A stretch of 64,000 nt of DNA from Chthonomonadales bacterium (GCA_049967475.1 JBMFSQ010000001.1:253077-317076), one strand, 5' to 3'. Shown: positions 49,722 through 59,672, counted from the stretch's first letter. Numbers and translations: made by a program. Notes: generated by a model not told the origin, from the sequence alone.

Positions 49722-51005
49722 TTATTTAACGATGGTGCTGGACTGAAAGATCGGCAGAAGGATCGAAAGCACCACGAAGCCCACAAAGCCGCCCATCATC
49801 AAAACCACCAGGGGTTCTACGAGGCTGGTGAGGCGGCGCATGGTATTGTCTACTTCAAAATCCAGAGTGTCTGCGGTGCGCACGAGCATTCCTGCCAGGC
49901 GCCCTGTTTCCTCTCCCACGGCGCTCATGTGGATCACAAGGGGCAGGAAGCCCCCGGTCTTCTCCATCGCAGCCGAAAGCGTTTCTCCTTGGCGGACGCT
50001 GTCCCGCGCGGAAGCCACCGCTGCCGCAGTTACCGAGTTCCCCACAGCAGTTGCTGCAATATCCAAGGATTCCAGGATGGCCACGCCCCCGCCAAGCAGG
50101 GTACCCAGCGTACGGACGAAGCGAGCCATTACGATCTTGAGCGCCAGCGGCCCAAACAGCGGCAAAGAAAGGCGCAAGGCGTCAAACGACTGCCGCCCTG
50201 ATGGTGTCGCCACCCAAGCCCGAAAGAGGGCCACGGTTCCTAAAATCCCTGCGCCCATGGCCCACCAGTAATGCGCGATGCTTCCTGAGATCGCAAGAAG
50301 CATCCGGGTGGGCAAAGGCAATGCGGCTCCCATGTCCTTGAACACGTCCTGCAGGCGAGGAATTACGAATGTGAGCAGGAAGGTTACAGCCACAACGGCC
50401 ACTGTGATCAGCACCGCAGGGTACGTAAGCGCAGCAAGGATCTGGCTTCGGCGCACCTGTTCCTTTTCGAGGAAGTCCGCCAGGCGCGTCATCACGCCTG
50501 CCAATTGGCCCGACACTTCCCCCGCCCGGATCATATTTGCGTAAAGGGTGGGAAATTCCCGCGGGAAGTTGCCTAATGCTTCGGACAGGGGTTTGCCTGC
50601 GCGAATGTCGGCCTGTAGGCGCTCGAGCATGGCCTTGAGGGCCTCACTGTCGCTCTGTTCGATGAGTACGGATAGGGCACGATCAATGGGGAGCCCCGCA
50701 TCTATAAGGTCTGCCAACTCTCGGGTGAAGAGGAGGATTTCGATGCGCCGTACCTTCTTGGAAGCGGAAGCTACTCCTTGCACAGGCGCCCCGACACCCT
50801 CGAAGAGCGGGCGCGTGCGGCCTCCCGTGATGGCGACGGCAGAGCGGGACGAACCGTTGCCTGCTGAGCCGGACGCCACGACTTGGACGGGGTAATAGCC
50901 CATCGAGCGCACCTTGGCGGCAACGTCGGCCACATCGCGACCCATGAGGGTCCCGCTTACCTGCTTACCGGACCGATCCAAGGCTGTATAGCGGAAATCA
51001 GGCAT
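49722..51005 (-). CDS. gspF: T2SS platform protein GspF
   Basis: FTRELADLIDAGLP, AGEVSG, ALTYP, VGEETG and LVEP. Confidence 0.94.
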   Translation of the reverse strand: MPDFRYTALDRSGKQVSGTLMGRDVADVAAKVRSMGYYPVQVVASGSAGNGSSRSAVAITGGRTRPLFEGVGAPVQGVASASKKVRRIEILLFTRELADLIDAGLPIDRALSVLIEQSDSEALKAMLERLQADIRAGKPLSEALGNFPREFPTLYANMIRAGEVSGQLAGVMTRLADFLEKEQVRRSQILAALTYPAVLITVAVVAVTFLLTFVIPRLQDVFKDMGAALPLPTRMLLAISGSIAHYWWAMGAGILGTVALFRAWVATPSGRQSFDALRLSLPLFGPLALKIVMARFVRTLGTLLGGGVAILESLDIAATAVGNSVTAAAVASARDSVRQGETLSAAMEKTGGFLPLVIHMSAVGEETGRLAGMLVRTADTLDFEVDNTMRRLTSLVEPLVVLMMGGFVGFVVLSILLPIFQSSTIVK

Positions 51006-51066
51006 GGGATTGATGGATGCACGGTGCGAAAGCCGTAAACGCAATCAATGAGGCAGGCTCACGCGG

Positions 51067-52770
51067 TTAATCGAAGCCTTCACGCTGGCACACCCGGAGC
51101 ACTTCGCGAATGGTGGTGTCCCCCTCCAGCACGCGCCTCCGGCCGTCTTGCAAAAGCGTTACCATTCCCTGGTGCTGCATGGCGTATTGTTTGATCACTG
51201 TGGAGGGGTCACGCCGCACGATCATCTGGCGCACGGCATCATCCACGGTAAGCATCTCGAAGAGGCCGCTACGCCCGCGGAAGCCAACTCCGCGGCACTC
51301 CGGGCAGCCCGATCCGGCCATGAGAGGATGAGCCGCGGCCTCCTCTGGGGAGATGCCGATCTCTCCAAGCTCCACCGGATTTGGCTTGATGGGGCGTTTG
51401 CACCGGGTGCAATTGATGCGCACGAGGCGCTGGGCAATGCTTCCAATGAGCGACGAGGCCACCAGGTACGGCTCTGCACCCATGTCCAGCAGACGGCTGA
51501 TTGCGCCTGCGGCGTCGTTGGTATGGAGTGTGCTGAACACGAGGTGGCCCGTGAGTGCGGCATGAATGGCAATCTCCACCGTTTCGGCATCGCGTATCTC
51601 ACCCACCATGATGATGTCGGGGTCCTGCCGCACGATATGCCGAAGGCCGTTGGCAAAGGTAAGGTCTATTTGGGGATGGACCTGGATCTGGTTGATGCCG
51701 TTGAGCTGGTATTCCACCGGATCTTCGATGGTGATGATCTTCTTTTCGATGGAGTAGATCTCGTTGAGTGCGGCATAGAGCGTGGTGGTCTTTCCCGAAC
51801 CCGTTGGGCCGGTCACCAGGATAATGCCGTGGGGTTCCTGGATGAGGCGCCGGAACTTCTCGAACATGGTGCCGTGCATGCCCAATTCCCGCAATCCGAG
51901 CATCGCGGTCTGCTTATCCAGGATGCGCAGCACGGCGCTCTCGCCGTAGAGAGTTGGCACCGTAGACACGCGCAAGTCTATTTGGCGGCCCGAGGATCGG
52001 ATGCGCATCCGGCCGTCTTGCGGCAGGCGCCTCTCGGCGATATCCATGTCGGAAAGGATCTTGATGCGCGAGATGATGGCTGGGTGCAGGCGTTTGGGAG
52101 GGGCATTTACTTCGTGGAGCACGCCGTCTATGCGGTAGCGCACCCGTAATTCCCGTTCAAAGGGTTCTATGTGGATATCCGAGGCCCGGTCTTGGATCGC
52201 TTGGTTGATGATGAGGTTCACCATCTGGATGACCAGTTCTTCCCGCGCCATCTTCTGCAGATCGGCTACGTCCAGGCTCTCGTCCTCGGCTGCTGCTGCT
52301 TCCTGGTTCTGTGCATCTTCCAGCATGCGGTGCATGTAGAACTGCTCGAGGGCACGCCGGATCTCCGAGGCACCTGCGAGGACCGGCTCTATGCGAAAAC
52401 CCGTGAGAAGCCGAAGATCATCAATGGACTGGATATCCAGGGGATCCGCCATGGCTACGGTGAGCATGTGGTCCGTCTGGCGCAGGGGCAAGAGCTGGTG
52501 GCGAAGGGCAAATTCGCTGGGCACGATTTGGAGGGCTTGCTGGTCCGGCGGCTCGGCATTGAGGTCCACAACGCGGCAGCCGAGCTGTTTGGACAGGGCG
52601 TTGAGGAGTTCGGCTTCTGAGAGGAAGCGCATGGACACGAGGATCTCGCCCAGGCGCTTCGTGTTGTTCTGGCGCCGCTGCTCGGCCAGGGCCTGATCGA
52701 GCTGCGCCTGGGTGATGATGCCGGCCTCAACTAACAGCGAGCCCAGCAATGCGCGCTTCAGGGTGAGCAC
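51067..52770 (-). CDS. gspE: T2SS/T4P assembly ATPase GspE/PilB with MshEN-like N-terminus
   Basis: ASDIHIEP, GPTGSGKTTT Walker A, RQDPDIIMVGEIRD and CxxC...CxxC zinc motif; GGAGG RBS. Confidence 0.95.
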   Translation of the reverse strand: MLTLKRALLGSLLVEAGIITQAQLDQALAEQRRQNNTKRLGEILVSMRFLSEAELLNALSKQLGCRVVDLNAEPPDQQALQIVPSEFALRHQLLPLRQTDHMLTVAMADPLDIQSIDDLRLLTGFRIEPVLAGASEIRRALEQFYMHRMLEDAQNQEAAAAEDESLDVADLQKMAREELVIQMVNLIINQAIQDRASDIHIEPFERELRVRYRIDGVLHEVNAPPKRLHPAIISRIKILSDMDIAERRLPQDGRMRIRSSGRQIDLRVSTVPTLYGESAVLRILDKQTAMLGLRELGMHGTMFEKFRRLIQEPHGIILVTGPTGSGKTTTLYAALNEIYSIEKKIITIEDPVEYQLNGINQIQVHPQIDLTFANGLRHIVRQDPDIIMVGEIRDAETVEIAIHAALTGHLVFSTLHTNDAAGAISRLLDMGAEPYLVASSLIGSIAQRLVRINCTRCKRPIKPNPVELGEIGISPEEAAAHPLMAGSGCPECRGVGFRGRSGLFEMLTVDDAVRQMIVRRDPSTVIKQYAMQHQGMVTLLQDGRRRVLEGDTTIREVLRVCQREGFD

Positions 52771-52837
52771 TTAGTCCTCCGGAGCATGTGGGACTGGGGC
52801 CGAGGGGCAACGCTCGCGCCACGTTCGTCCTAAAAGG

Positions 52838-52866
52838 ATAGACGGGGCGCTGCCGCCTGCGTTACA
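52838..52866 (-). promoter_or_regulatory. Candidate ECF-sigma promoter of the T2SS operon
   Basis: Minus strand TGTAAC-N16-CGTCTAT, about 67 nt before the gspE start. Confidence 0.6.
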
Positions 52867-53090
52867 TGGATTTTCGGCCGTACGGCGCCGTTTCCCTGCA
52901 CGGATCCTATTAGGATGGTACCCCGTCTTATAAATGCGTATCTATGGCATACAAGGGGAGCCTGATTGCGTATTAGGGGATGGAAGGCAGCTAGAGTTCC
53001 GGCGCGGGCACAAGGAGCGCTTCCAAAGCGTATATCCCAATGCTCCATGCGGTTTTGGGCCGCGGCATGCGGCAAGGAAGTGAACGTGAG

Positions 53091-54173
53091 ATGGCAAAGG
53101 TGAAGAGAATGGTGCGGGCCACGTCGCACAGAGGGCCCCTGCAGGGCGCCTCGGCAGAGGCTCCGGTCGAAGTCACCGGAGCAGAACTCGATGCCGTCCA
53201 TTCGCTTTTGCTGGAGCTCGATGAGGACTGCCACTTCTTGGGCGACTGCGGTCCCGGCGAGGGAGACGTCGTGGCGGAAGAGAGTGAGGACGCTTCGCAC
53301 GGCGAGGTGCCTGCGCCGCGAGCGCGTGGCCCCCGCGCCTCACACGGTACGGAGGAGATCCCGGATCTGTGGATGCTCAAGAGCAGCAAGACGCCCCTGC
53401 TTACGGCGGCTCGCGAAATTACGTTGGCCAAGCGTGTTGAGCAGGGAGATCGCGCCGCCGCTGAAGAGCTGGTGAACGCCAACGTGCGCCTGGTGGCGGC
53501 TGTTGCCCGGCGATACGTGGGGCGGGGTCTGCCGCTGGAAGATCTTATCCAGGAGGGGCTCATCGGCCTCATGCGTGCCGTGGAGAAGTACAACTACCGC
53601 AAGGGGTATCGCTTCAGCACCTACGCCACGCACTGGATCCGCCAGGCGATCTCGCGGGCGCTCGCCAATCAGGGGAGGTCCATCCGATTGCCTGCTCATG
53701 TGGTGGACACCCTCAGCCGCGTGTCCCGCGTACGGGAGGACCTGTTCCATCGGCTTGGACGGCCGCCTACACGGGCTGAACTCGCCGAGGCGGCGGGCAT
53801 CAGTGAAAAGAAGCTGATGCAGCTCTTCCGGAGCGCCGCGCAGCCCCTCTCCCTCGAGACGCCGGTTGGACCCGAGGGATCCGGGCGTTTGGGAGACTTC
53901 CTTCCCGCGGGCGAAGAGAGCTCTCCTTCCGACCGTGCGTTCCGTTATATGGTGCGGGAAGAACTGGAGCACGCCCTCAACACGCTCACACCGCGGGAGA
54001 AGGAAGTGATCATCCTTCGGTATGGCCTTGGGGGCGATGAACCCCAGACCCTCGAGGAGACTGGGCGGCGCCTGCGCATCACCCGTGAACGCGCGCGCCA
54101 GATCGAGGTAAAGGCTATGGAGAAGCTCCGGAGACCACACACTGCCAAACGTCTGCTGGAGGCTGTGGCCTGA
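53091..54173 (+). CDS. Alternative sigma70 (RpoD/RpoS-like) RNA polymerase sigma factor
   Basis: ANVRLV, DLIQEG, FSTYATHWIRQAI, RSIRLP and TLEETG..ITRERARQIE; start uncertain. Confidence 0.92.
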   Translation: MAKVKRMVRATSHRGPLQGASAEAPVEVTGAELDAVHSLLLELDEDCHFLGDCGPGEGDVVAEESEDASHGEVPAPRARGPRASHGTEEIPDLWMLKSSKTPLLTAAREITLAKRVEQGDRAAAEELVNANVRLVAAVARRYVGRGLPLEDLIQEGLIGLMRAVEKYNYRKGYRFSTYATHWIRQAISRALANQGRSIRLPAHVVDTLSRVSRVREDLFHRLGRPPTRAELAEAAGISEKKLMQLFRSAAQPLSLETPVGPEGSGRLGDFLPAGEESSPSDRAFRYMVREELEHALNTLTPREKEVIILRYGLGGDEPQTLEETGRRLRITRERARQIEVKAMEKLRRPHTAKRLLEAVA

Positions 54174-54259
54174 CCGGTGGGCGTGGATCCCTCTTCGGGA
54201 GTATAATGCTTAACGGACGCCTGGCGTTCCACGCCAAGGCGCCTCGCGATAGAGGGGCC

Positions 54260-55780
54260 ATGCCCAAACCCAGCTTCTGCGCCAACGAATACTTCCAGCG
54301 GCCCGACCCTTGCGTCCTTATCCTCTTCGGGGCGACCGGCGATCTGACGCGCCGCAAGCTCATCCCGGCGCTCTTCAGCCTCTTCATTCAGAATCTCCTA
54401 CCCCAGCAATTCGCCATCGTAGCCTTCGCGCGCAAGCCAAAGACCGACGATGAGTTCCGCGAGGACTTGCTGGACGCCGTGCGCGAGTTTGCCCCTGCCT
54501 TACCGGCGGGCGGCCCCGAATGGGAGCGCTTCATCCGGAATGTGTACTATCATCGTTCTACATTGGACGACGCGGAAGGATACCGCACGCTCAAACAGCG
54601 GCTTGCGGAGCTGGATGCGGTACATGCTACCTTAGGCAATCGCCTCTTTTACCTTGCTACTCCGCCGGACAGTTTTGCCCTGATCGCCGACCAACTGGCT
54701 GCCTGCGGCTTGAACCGGCCGGCCCGCGACGGGGCGTGCGTACGCATCGTGGTGGAAAAGCCCTTCGGCTTTGACCTTGCCAGTGCCAGGGAGCTCAATA
54801 CCCGCCTCCGCATGCACTTTGCCGAGGACCAGATCTACCGGATTGATCATTACCTGGGCAAAGAGACCGTTCAGAATATCTTGGTCCTCCGTTTTGCCAA
54901 CCGTCTGTTTGAATTGCTCTGGAATCACTTGTATGTGGACCATGTGCAGATTACGGTGGCGGAGACGCTGGGGATGGAAGGGCGCGGGGCGTATTTCGAC
55001 AAGGCCGGGGTTCTGCGCGACATGATCCAGAACCACGCCTTGCAGATCCTTACGCTCATCGCTATGGAGCCGCCCGTAAGCCTGGAAGCGGATGCCATTC
55101 GCGACGAAAAGGTGAAGGTTTTGCGTTCCATTCGGCCGTTCACACCAGAGTATGTGGCCCAAAGCACAGTTCGAGCGCAGTATACTGCCGGCGAGATAGC
55201 AGGCATGCGCGTGCCGGGCTATTTGGAAGAGGAGGGAGTTCCGGCGGGCAGCACCACCGAAACCTACGCAGCGATACGCCTGTGGGTGGATAACTGGAGG
55301 TGGGCTGGAGTACCCTTTTACGTGCGATCGGGGAAGCGGTTGCCCGAGCGGTTTACGAAGGTGGTAATCCAACTGAAGGATGTACCGGATGTGCTCTTTT
55401 CGCGGTTGGCATGCGCCGAGGTCGAACCGAACACCCTCAGCATCTGCATCCAGCCCAACGAAGGCGTGGAGATCCGCATGAGCGCCAAGGAGCCGGGGCC
55501 TGCGATGCTGGTAAGCCCGGTGCGCATGCACTTTGACTACGCCGAGGCATTCGGCAAGACAATCCCCGATGCCTACGAGCGGCTCCTGGTGAATGCGCTG
55601 CTGGGCGATGCCTCTCTCTTTGCCCGGGGCGATGAGGTAGAAGCAGCGTGGTCCCTCGTGACGCCGATCTTGGAGGCCTGGGCCGCCGGCGATCCACCGC
55701 TGGACCACTATCCTGCCGGCGCTGCGGGGCCTGCTGGCGCCGACGCGCTGCTGAGTGCGGAGGGGCGGAAGTGGCTTTAG
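54260..55780 (+). CDS. zwf: Glucose-6-phosphate 1-dehydrogenase
   Basis: [27 protein letters not shown] and WRWAGVPFY. Confidence 0.97.
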   Translation: MPKPSFCANEYFQRPDPCVLILFGATGDLTRRKLIPALFSLFIQNLLPQQFAIVAFARKPKTDDEFREDLLDAVREFAPALPAGGPEWERFIRNVYYHRSTLDDAEGYRTLKQRLAELDAVHATLGNRLFYLATPPDSFALIADQLAACGLNRPARDGACVRIVVEKPFGFDLASARELNTRLRMHFAEDQIYRIDHYLGKETVQNILVLRFANRLFELLWNHLYVDHVQITVAETLGMEGRGAYFDKAGVLRDMIQNHALQILTLIAMEPPVSLEADAIRDEKVKVLRSIRPFTPEYVAQSTVRAQYTAGEIAGMRVPGYLEEEGVPAGSTTETYAAIRLWVDNWRWAGVPFYVRSGKRLPERFTKVVIQLKDVPDVLFSRLACAEVEPNTLSICIQPNEGVEIRMSAKEPGPAMLVSPVRMHFDYAEAFGKTIPDAYERLLVNALLGDASLFARGDEVEAAWSLVTPILEAWAAGDPPLDHYPAGAAGPAGADALLSAEGRKWL

Positions 55781-55848
55781 GAGAAGAGCGCCGTCCGGCG
55801 GCTTATCAGTCCGCAATAGGCACGGACAGCGAACGTGGAGAGAGCGGC

Positions 55849-56904
55849 GTGTATTTAGGTGTAATCCGGCGCTATCGCCGCTACTTGCCCGTCAACGATG
55901 ATACGCCCGTCATCACGTTGCTGGAGGGTGACACGCCGCTCATTCCGGCACCGCGCTTGGCTGCTGCCATCCACCGCGGGCTGACACTCTACCTCAAGTA
56001 TGAAGGGGTCAATCCCACCGGCTCATTCAAGGACCGTGGGATGACGTTGGCGGTAAGCAAAGCTGTAGAGCAGGGGATGCGTACGGTAATGTGCGCCTCC
56101 ACTGGGAATACATCGGCTTCTGCGGCAGCCTATGCGGCACGGGCTGGGCTTGAGTGTCATGTGCTGATCCCTGGAGGCAAGATTGCCGCAGGGAAATTGG
56201 CCCAGGCGCTCATGCATGGAGCCAAAGTGCTTGCTGTAGAGGGGAATTTCGACGAGGCGCTCGATATCGTTCGCTCCATTACCGAAGAATTCCCCGTCGC
56301 CCTGGTGAATTCTGTAAATCCCTTCCGTCTGGAGGGGCAGAAGACCGCTGCTTTCGAGATCGTGGACGTGCTTGGCCGCGCGCCGGACGTACATGCGCTT
56401 CCCGTGGGCAATGCCGGCAACATTACTGCATACTGGATGGGCTACAAGCAGTACCATGCTGCAGGGCGCACTTCTTCGGTTCCGCGCATGTTGGGTTTCC
56501 AGGCAGCCGGCGCAGCGCCTATCGTGCGCGGGATGCCCATAGCCCATCCTGAAACGTTGGCGACGGCCATCCGCATCGGGAATCCGGCTTCATGGAAAGG
56601 AGCCGCAGCGGCTCGGGATGAGTCTGGAGGGCTCATCGAGAGCGTTACGGACGCCGAGATCCTGGAGGCCTATCGGGCTTTGGCAACTCTCGAGGGTGTC
56701 TTCGCTGAGCCTGCCAGCGCCGCCTCCATCGCCGGCCTCAAAAAGCTCGCCGGCCAGGGATACTTTCGCGGCGAGGTTCTGGCAGTGGCGACACTTACCG
56801 GGCACGGCCTGAAGGATCCCGCCATCGCCGTGGCCGAGGCGCAGTGCACGCCGATGACGGTGCCTGCAACCCGATCGGCGGTCCTCAAAGCTTTGGGTTA
56901 TTGA
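55849..56904 (+). CDS. thrC: Threonine synthase
   Basis: [13 protein letters not shown]-lysine, [17 protein letters not shown] and TGHGLKD; GTG start after GGAG. Confidence 0.95.
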   Translation: MYLGVIRRYRRYLPVNDDTPVITLLEGDTPLIPAPRLAAAIHRGLTLYLKYEGVNPTGSFKDRGMTLAVSKAVEQGMRTVMCASTGNTSASAAAYAARAGLECHVLIPGGKIAAGKLAQALMHGAKVLAVEGNFDEALDIVRSITEEFPVALVNSVNPFRLEGQKTAAFEIVDVLGRAPDVHALPVGNAGNITAYWMGYKQYHAAGRTSSVPRMLGFQAAGAAPIVRGMPIAHPETLATAIRIGNPASWKGAAAARDESGGLIESVTDAEILEAYRALATLEGVFAEPASAASIAGLKKLAGQGYFRGEVLAVATLTGHGLKDPAIAVAEAQCTPMTVPATRSAVLKALGY

Positions 56905-57014
56905 TGGTCCCCAATGAGGCTGCCGGCAGGAGTTCGTGGCCGGCGAGGCTAAGTTATCGCAGCGGGGTGGATAGCTGATGGAAAACATTGGCCACCCCAG
57001 GAGACACCACGATC

Positions 57015-58403
57015 ATGGCTCATCTGTTTACCATGCCCACTCTGGGCCAAACGATGGAGGAGGGCACGATCCTCCAATGGTTCAAGCGCGAAGGCGACCC
57101 GGTTCAAGAAGGTGAGGCTCTGCTGGAGGTGATGTCCGACAAGGCGAGTTTCGAAGTGCCGTCTCCAGCGAGCGGCATCGTCCGCAAGATCCTGGCCCAG
57201 GCAGACGAAACCGTACCCGTGAAGCAACCCATTGCCATCATCGGCACAGCAGAGGAACCGATAGATGGGTTGTTGAGTGGAGCGCCGCCGACGGCGCCTT
57301 CCCTGCAAGCAGCGTCCGCAACACCGCCTTCTGCGGCGTCCACCGCGAGCCCTGCACCCGCGGCGGAAGCCGAGAAGGTTTTGTTATCCCCAAGGGCCCG
57401 GCGTCTGGCCGACGAACGGGGAATACCCGTAACCGCTTTGGTCGGTCTCGGTACAGGCCCGCACGGCAGAGTTCTGGAGCGGGATGTGCGGGCGTATCTG
57501 GAACAATCGGCTGCTCTGGTAGACCGGAGTGCTGAAGCACCCCGCCCGCGCATGACGCCCTTGGCTGCCAAGATTGCGGGCGATCTAGGGGTGGATGTGT
57601 CGGCGCTGGCGGCGGGCATCCAGGGCAGTCGGATTACAGCGGACGACGTTCGACGGCGAGCCGAAGAAGCATCCCAACGCGCAGCGCCTGCGGTCGGCGG
57701 AACAGAACCGGCGGTGGCCGAGGTCGTGCCTTTCCGCGGTTTGCGAAAGATGTCCGCGGACACCGTTACCCGCTCGAGGCAGACGGCTCCCCATGTGACC
57801 CTCGTGCTTGAAGTGGATATGTCCAAGTCGGCTGCGCTTCTTTCCGAGCTTCGGCCCGAGATCCAACGGACGCATGGGGTGAAGTTGACCTACACCGATA
57901 TCCTCGTGAAGGCTGTGGCGCGGGCTCTGAAGGAGCATCCGCAGTGCAATGCCGCCCTCGTGGGAGACGAAATCCGCCTCTATGCCGACCGCAATATCGG
58001 TTGCGCGGTGGACACCGAGCGGGGCCTCGTAGTGCCCGTAGTGCGGCGCGCCGACACAAAGAGCCTCGGGGAAGTGTCTGTGGAGCTCAAAGGGCTCATC
58101 GAACGCTGTCGGGCTGGAAAGCAAACCCAGGAAGACCTCTCTGGAGGTACCTTCACCATCACGAACCTGGGTCCCTTCGGCATTGACGTCTTCGACCCGA
58201 TCCTGGTGCCGCCGCAGTCCTGCATCTTGGGCGTTTGTCGCATCGCTGAGAAGCCGGTCGTGGTCGAGGGGCAGGTGGCAGTGCGTCCGATGATGAATTT
58301 GTGCCTCTCCGTGGACCACCGCGTGGTGGATGGCGCTCCGGCTGCGCGGTTTCTGCAGCATCTGAAGGAGTTGTTGGAGACGCCTCTGCGCATCTTCATC
58401 TGA
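57015..58403 (+). CDS. Dihydrolipoamide acyltransferase (E2) of a 2-oxo-acid/acetoin dehydrogenase complex
   Basis: Lipoyl domain (EVMSDKAS), two E3-binding domains, GGTFTITNLG and DHRVVDGA. Confidence 0.93.
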   Translation: MAHLFTMPTLGQTMEEGTILQWFKREGDPVQEGEALLEVMSDKASFEVPSPASGIVRKILAQADETVPVKQPIAIIGTAEEPIDGLLSGAPPTAPSLQAASATPPSAASTASPAPAAEAEKVLLSPRARRLADERGIPVTALVGLGTGPHGRVLERDVRAYLEQSAALVDRSAEAPRPRMTPLAAKIAGDLGVDVSALAAGIQGSRITADDVRRRAEEASQRAAPAVGGTEPAVAEVVPFRGLRKMSADTVTRSRQTAPHVTLVLEVDMSKSAALLSELRPEIQRTHGVKLTYTDILVKAVARALKEHPQCNAALVGDEIRLYADRNIGCAVDTERGLVVPVVRRADTKSLGEVSVELKGLIERCRAGKQTQEDLSGGTFTITNLGPFGIDVFDPILVPPQSCILGVCRIAEKPVVVEGQVAVRPMMNLCLSVDHRVVDGAPAARFLQHLKELLETPLRIFI

Positions 58404-58564
58404 AGGGTCTGGGCGCGTGGGACAGTACTTCAGTAATGGTGACCCGGCCGTATTTCCCATTGCGGACGAGGCAGCAGTGGGGTACGTTGCGGATGCTGAA
58501 CGTGTGGGCGTGCGTCGTTTTGGCCGGCGCATCTGTTGCTGTGCGCATCGGTTGCGCCCTAACC

Positions 58565-58580
58565 CGTAACGCACGTTACG
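58565..58580. promoter_or_regulatory. Perfect 7-2-7 inverted repeat, candidate transcription-factor operator
   Basis: CGTAACG-CA-CGTTACG immediately followed by TTGACG. Confidence 0.45.
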
Positions 58581-58764
58581 TTGACGGAACTGCAGATCGT
58601 GTGGTTGTAGTGCGGGGGCTAGGGGCCATGACGCGCGGTTGTGCCGGCCTATTCGGGGGAAGGTCGGCGCACCCAATCCGCGGCACGCCCTGCGTTTTGA
58701 GTGACGGGCCGGTGGCCATTGCAATGGGCGCCGGCCCTCTGTAGTTTGTGCAGAGCCCTTCTGA

Positions 58765-58795
58765 TGAAACTTGCCGGTTGCGCTCTTCGTCTCAT
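58765..58795 (+). promoter_or_regulatory. Candidate ECF-sigma promoter
   Basis: TGAAAC-N17-CGTCTCAT about 40 nt before ATG 58836. Confidence 0.6.
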
Positions 58796-58835
58796 AGCAG
58801 GAAGCAGCGCATCTGTTGGAGGGAGGAGGAGAACG

Positions 58836-59672
58836 ATGATCGTTCGACGGATTTCGGTGGCCGTGGCCGCTGGGCTGATCATTGCGGCGGCGCACAACGC
58901 CGCGGCCCAGTACGCGCCGGCTCCGGGCTTGCGCCCCGGAATGGTTCAGCGCCCGGCGCCGCCTAGAAACTACTGGAAGGAATTCAAGAATTACGCCGAC
59001 GAAGCTGCCGCCAAGTACCAGGCGAAGATAGTAGTAGACCCGGCGTTGTTCGTGAGCGCCAAACCCGGACCGGCCTCGGGAGACACTATCGAGGCCGCGC
59101 TCAATTCCCTCGTGGCCCAGGTCAAGAACAGTGCATGGCGGCGTGTGTATCTCAAGGCCGGTGCTTCCCCGTCGCCAGATCGGCTGGCCGCAGCCGTGCG
59201 GGCGCTGGAGATGATTGAAGAGAGCGGCCTCGTCCTTGAGAACCCAGCCTCCAGACGCGCCACGTCCTTCCTCAAGGGTTTCCCGGTGCCGGCAAGCTTT
59301 ACAGAGGATTTGGCAGCCCAGCAATTCGCCACATCACCGGTCTACGTCATCTTCAGCACTACCCCCAGTGCAGACGCCCCCAAGTCGCTGGAAGAGCGGT
59401 ATATGGACCTGCAGCGCCAGCAGTTGGAGATGATGATGCAGATGACGCCGGACCAGCTTCAGGCGGCCATGGCGAGGGGCATGCAGATGTGGCAGAGCCT
59501 CGATCCGGCCACGCGGACCCAGATGATGGGCCAGATGATGCGCGCCGGCATGCAGATGTTCATGAACATGCCGCCGGAGCAGCGCCAGCAATTGATGCAG
59601 GATGTGTTTCAGAGCATGCAGGGGGCCTTTCCAGGAGGCCCGCCGCCAGGACCTCCGGGTCCTCCGCGGTAA
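58836..59672 (+). CDS. Secreted hypothetical protein with STN/N0-like segment and Met/Gln-rich C-terminus
   Basis: Strong GGAGGAGG RBS and signal peptide (..AHNAAA|Q); domain call is inference. Confidence 0.75.
   Translation: MIVRRISVAVAAGLIIAAAHNAAAQYAPAPGLRPGMVQRPAPPRNYWKEFKNYADEAAAKYQAKIVVDPALFVSAKPGPASGDTIEAALNSLVAQVKNSAWRRVYLKAGASPSPDRLAAAVRALEMIEESGLVLENPASRRATSFLKGFPVPASFTEDLAAQQFATSPVYVIFSTTPSADAPKSLEERYMDLQRQQLEMMMQMTPDQLQAAMARGMQMWQSLDPATRTQMMGQMMRAGMQMFMNMPPEQRQQLMQDVFQSMQGAFPGGPPPGPPGPPR

Noticed and set aside
52771..53090. Possible c-di-GMP riboswitch upstream of the T2SS operon
   Set aside because: No GEMM-type GGCAAAC..GAAA..GACGCAAA pattern visible on either strand; an Infernal search would be needed to exclude it fully
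54202..54207. Isolated TATAAT upstream of zwf (and on the minus strand at 30096-30101 upstream of sucD)
   Set aside because: Plausible -10 boxes but no recognisable -35; ordinary and too weak to list as features
58301..58744. 147-aa ORF spanning the gap after the E2 gene
   Set aside because: No RBS, overlaps the E2 end, unconvincing composition; the region looks regulatory
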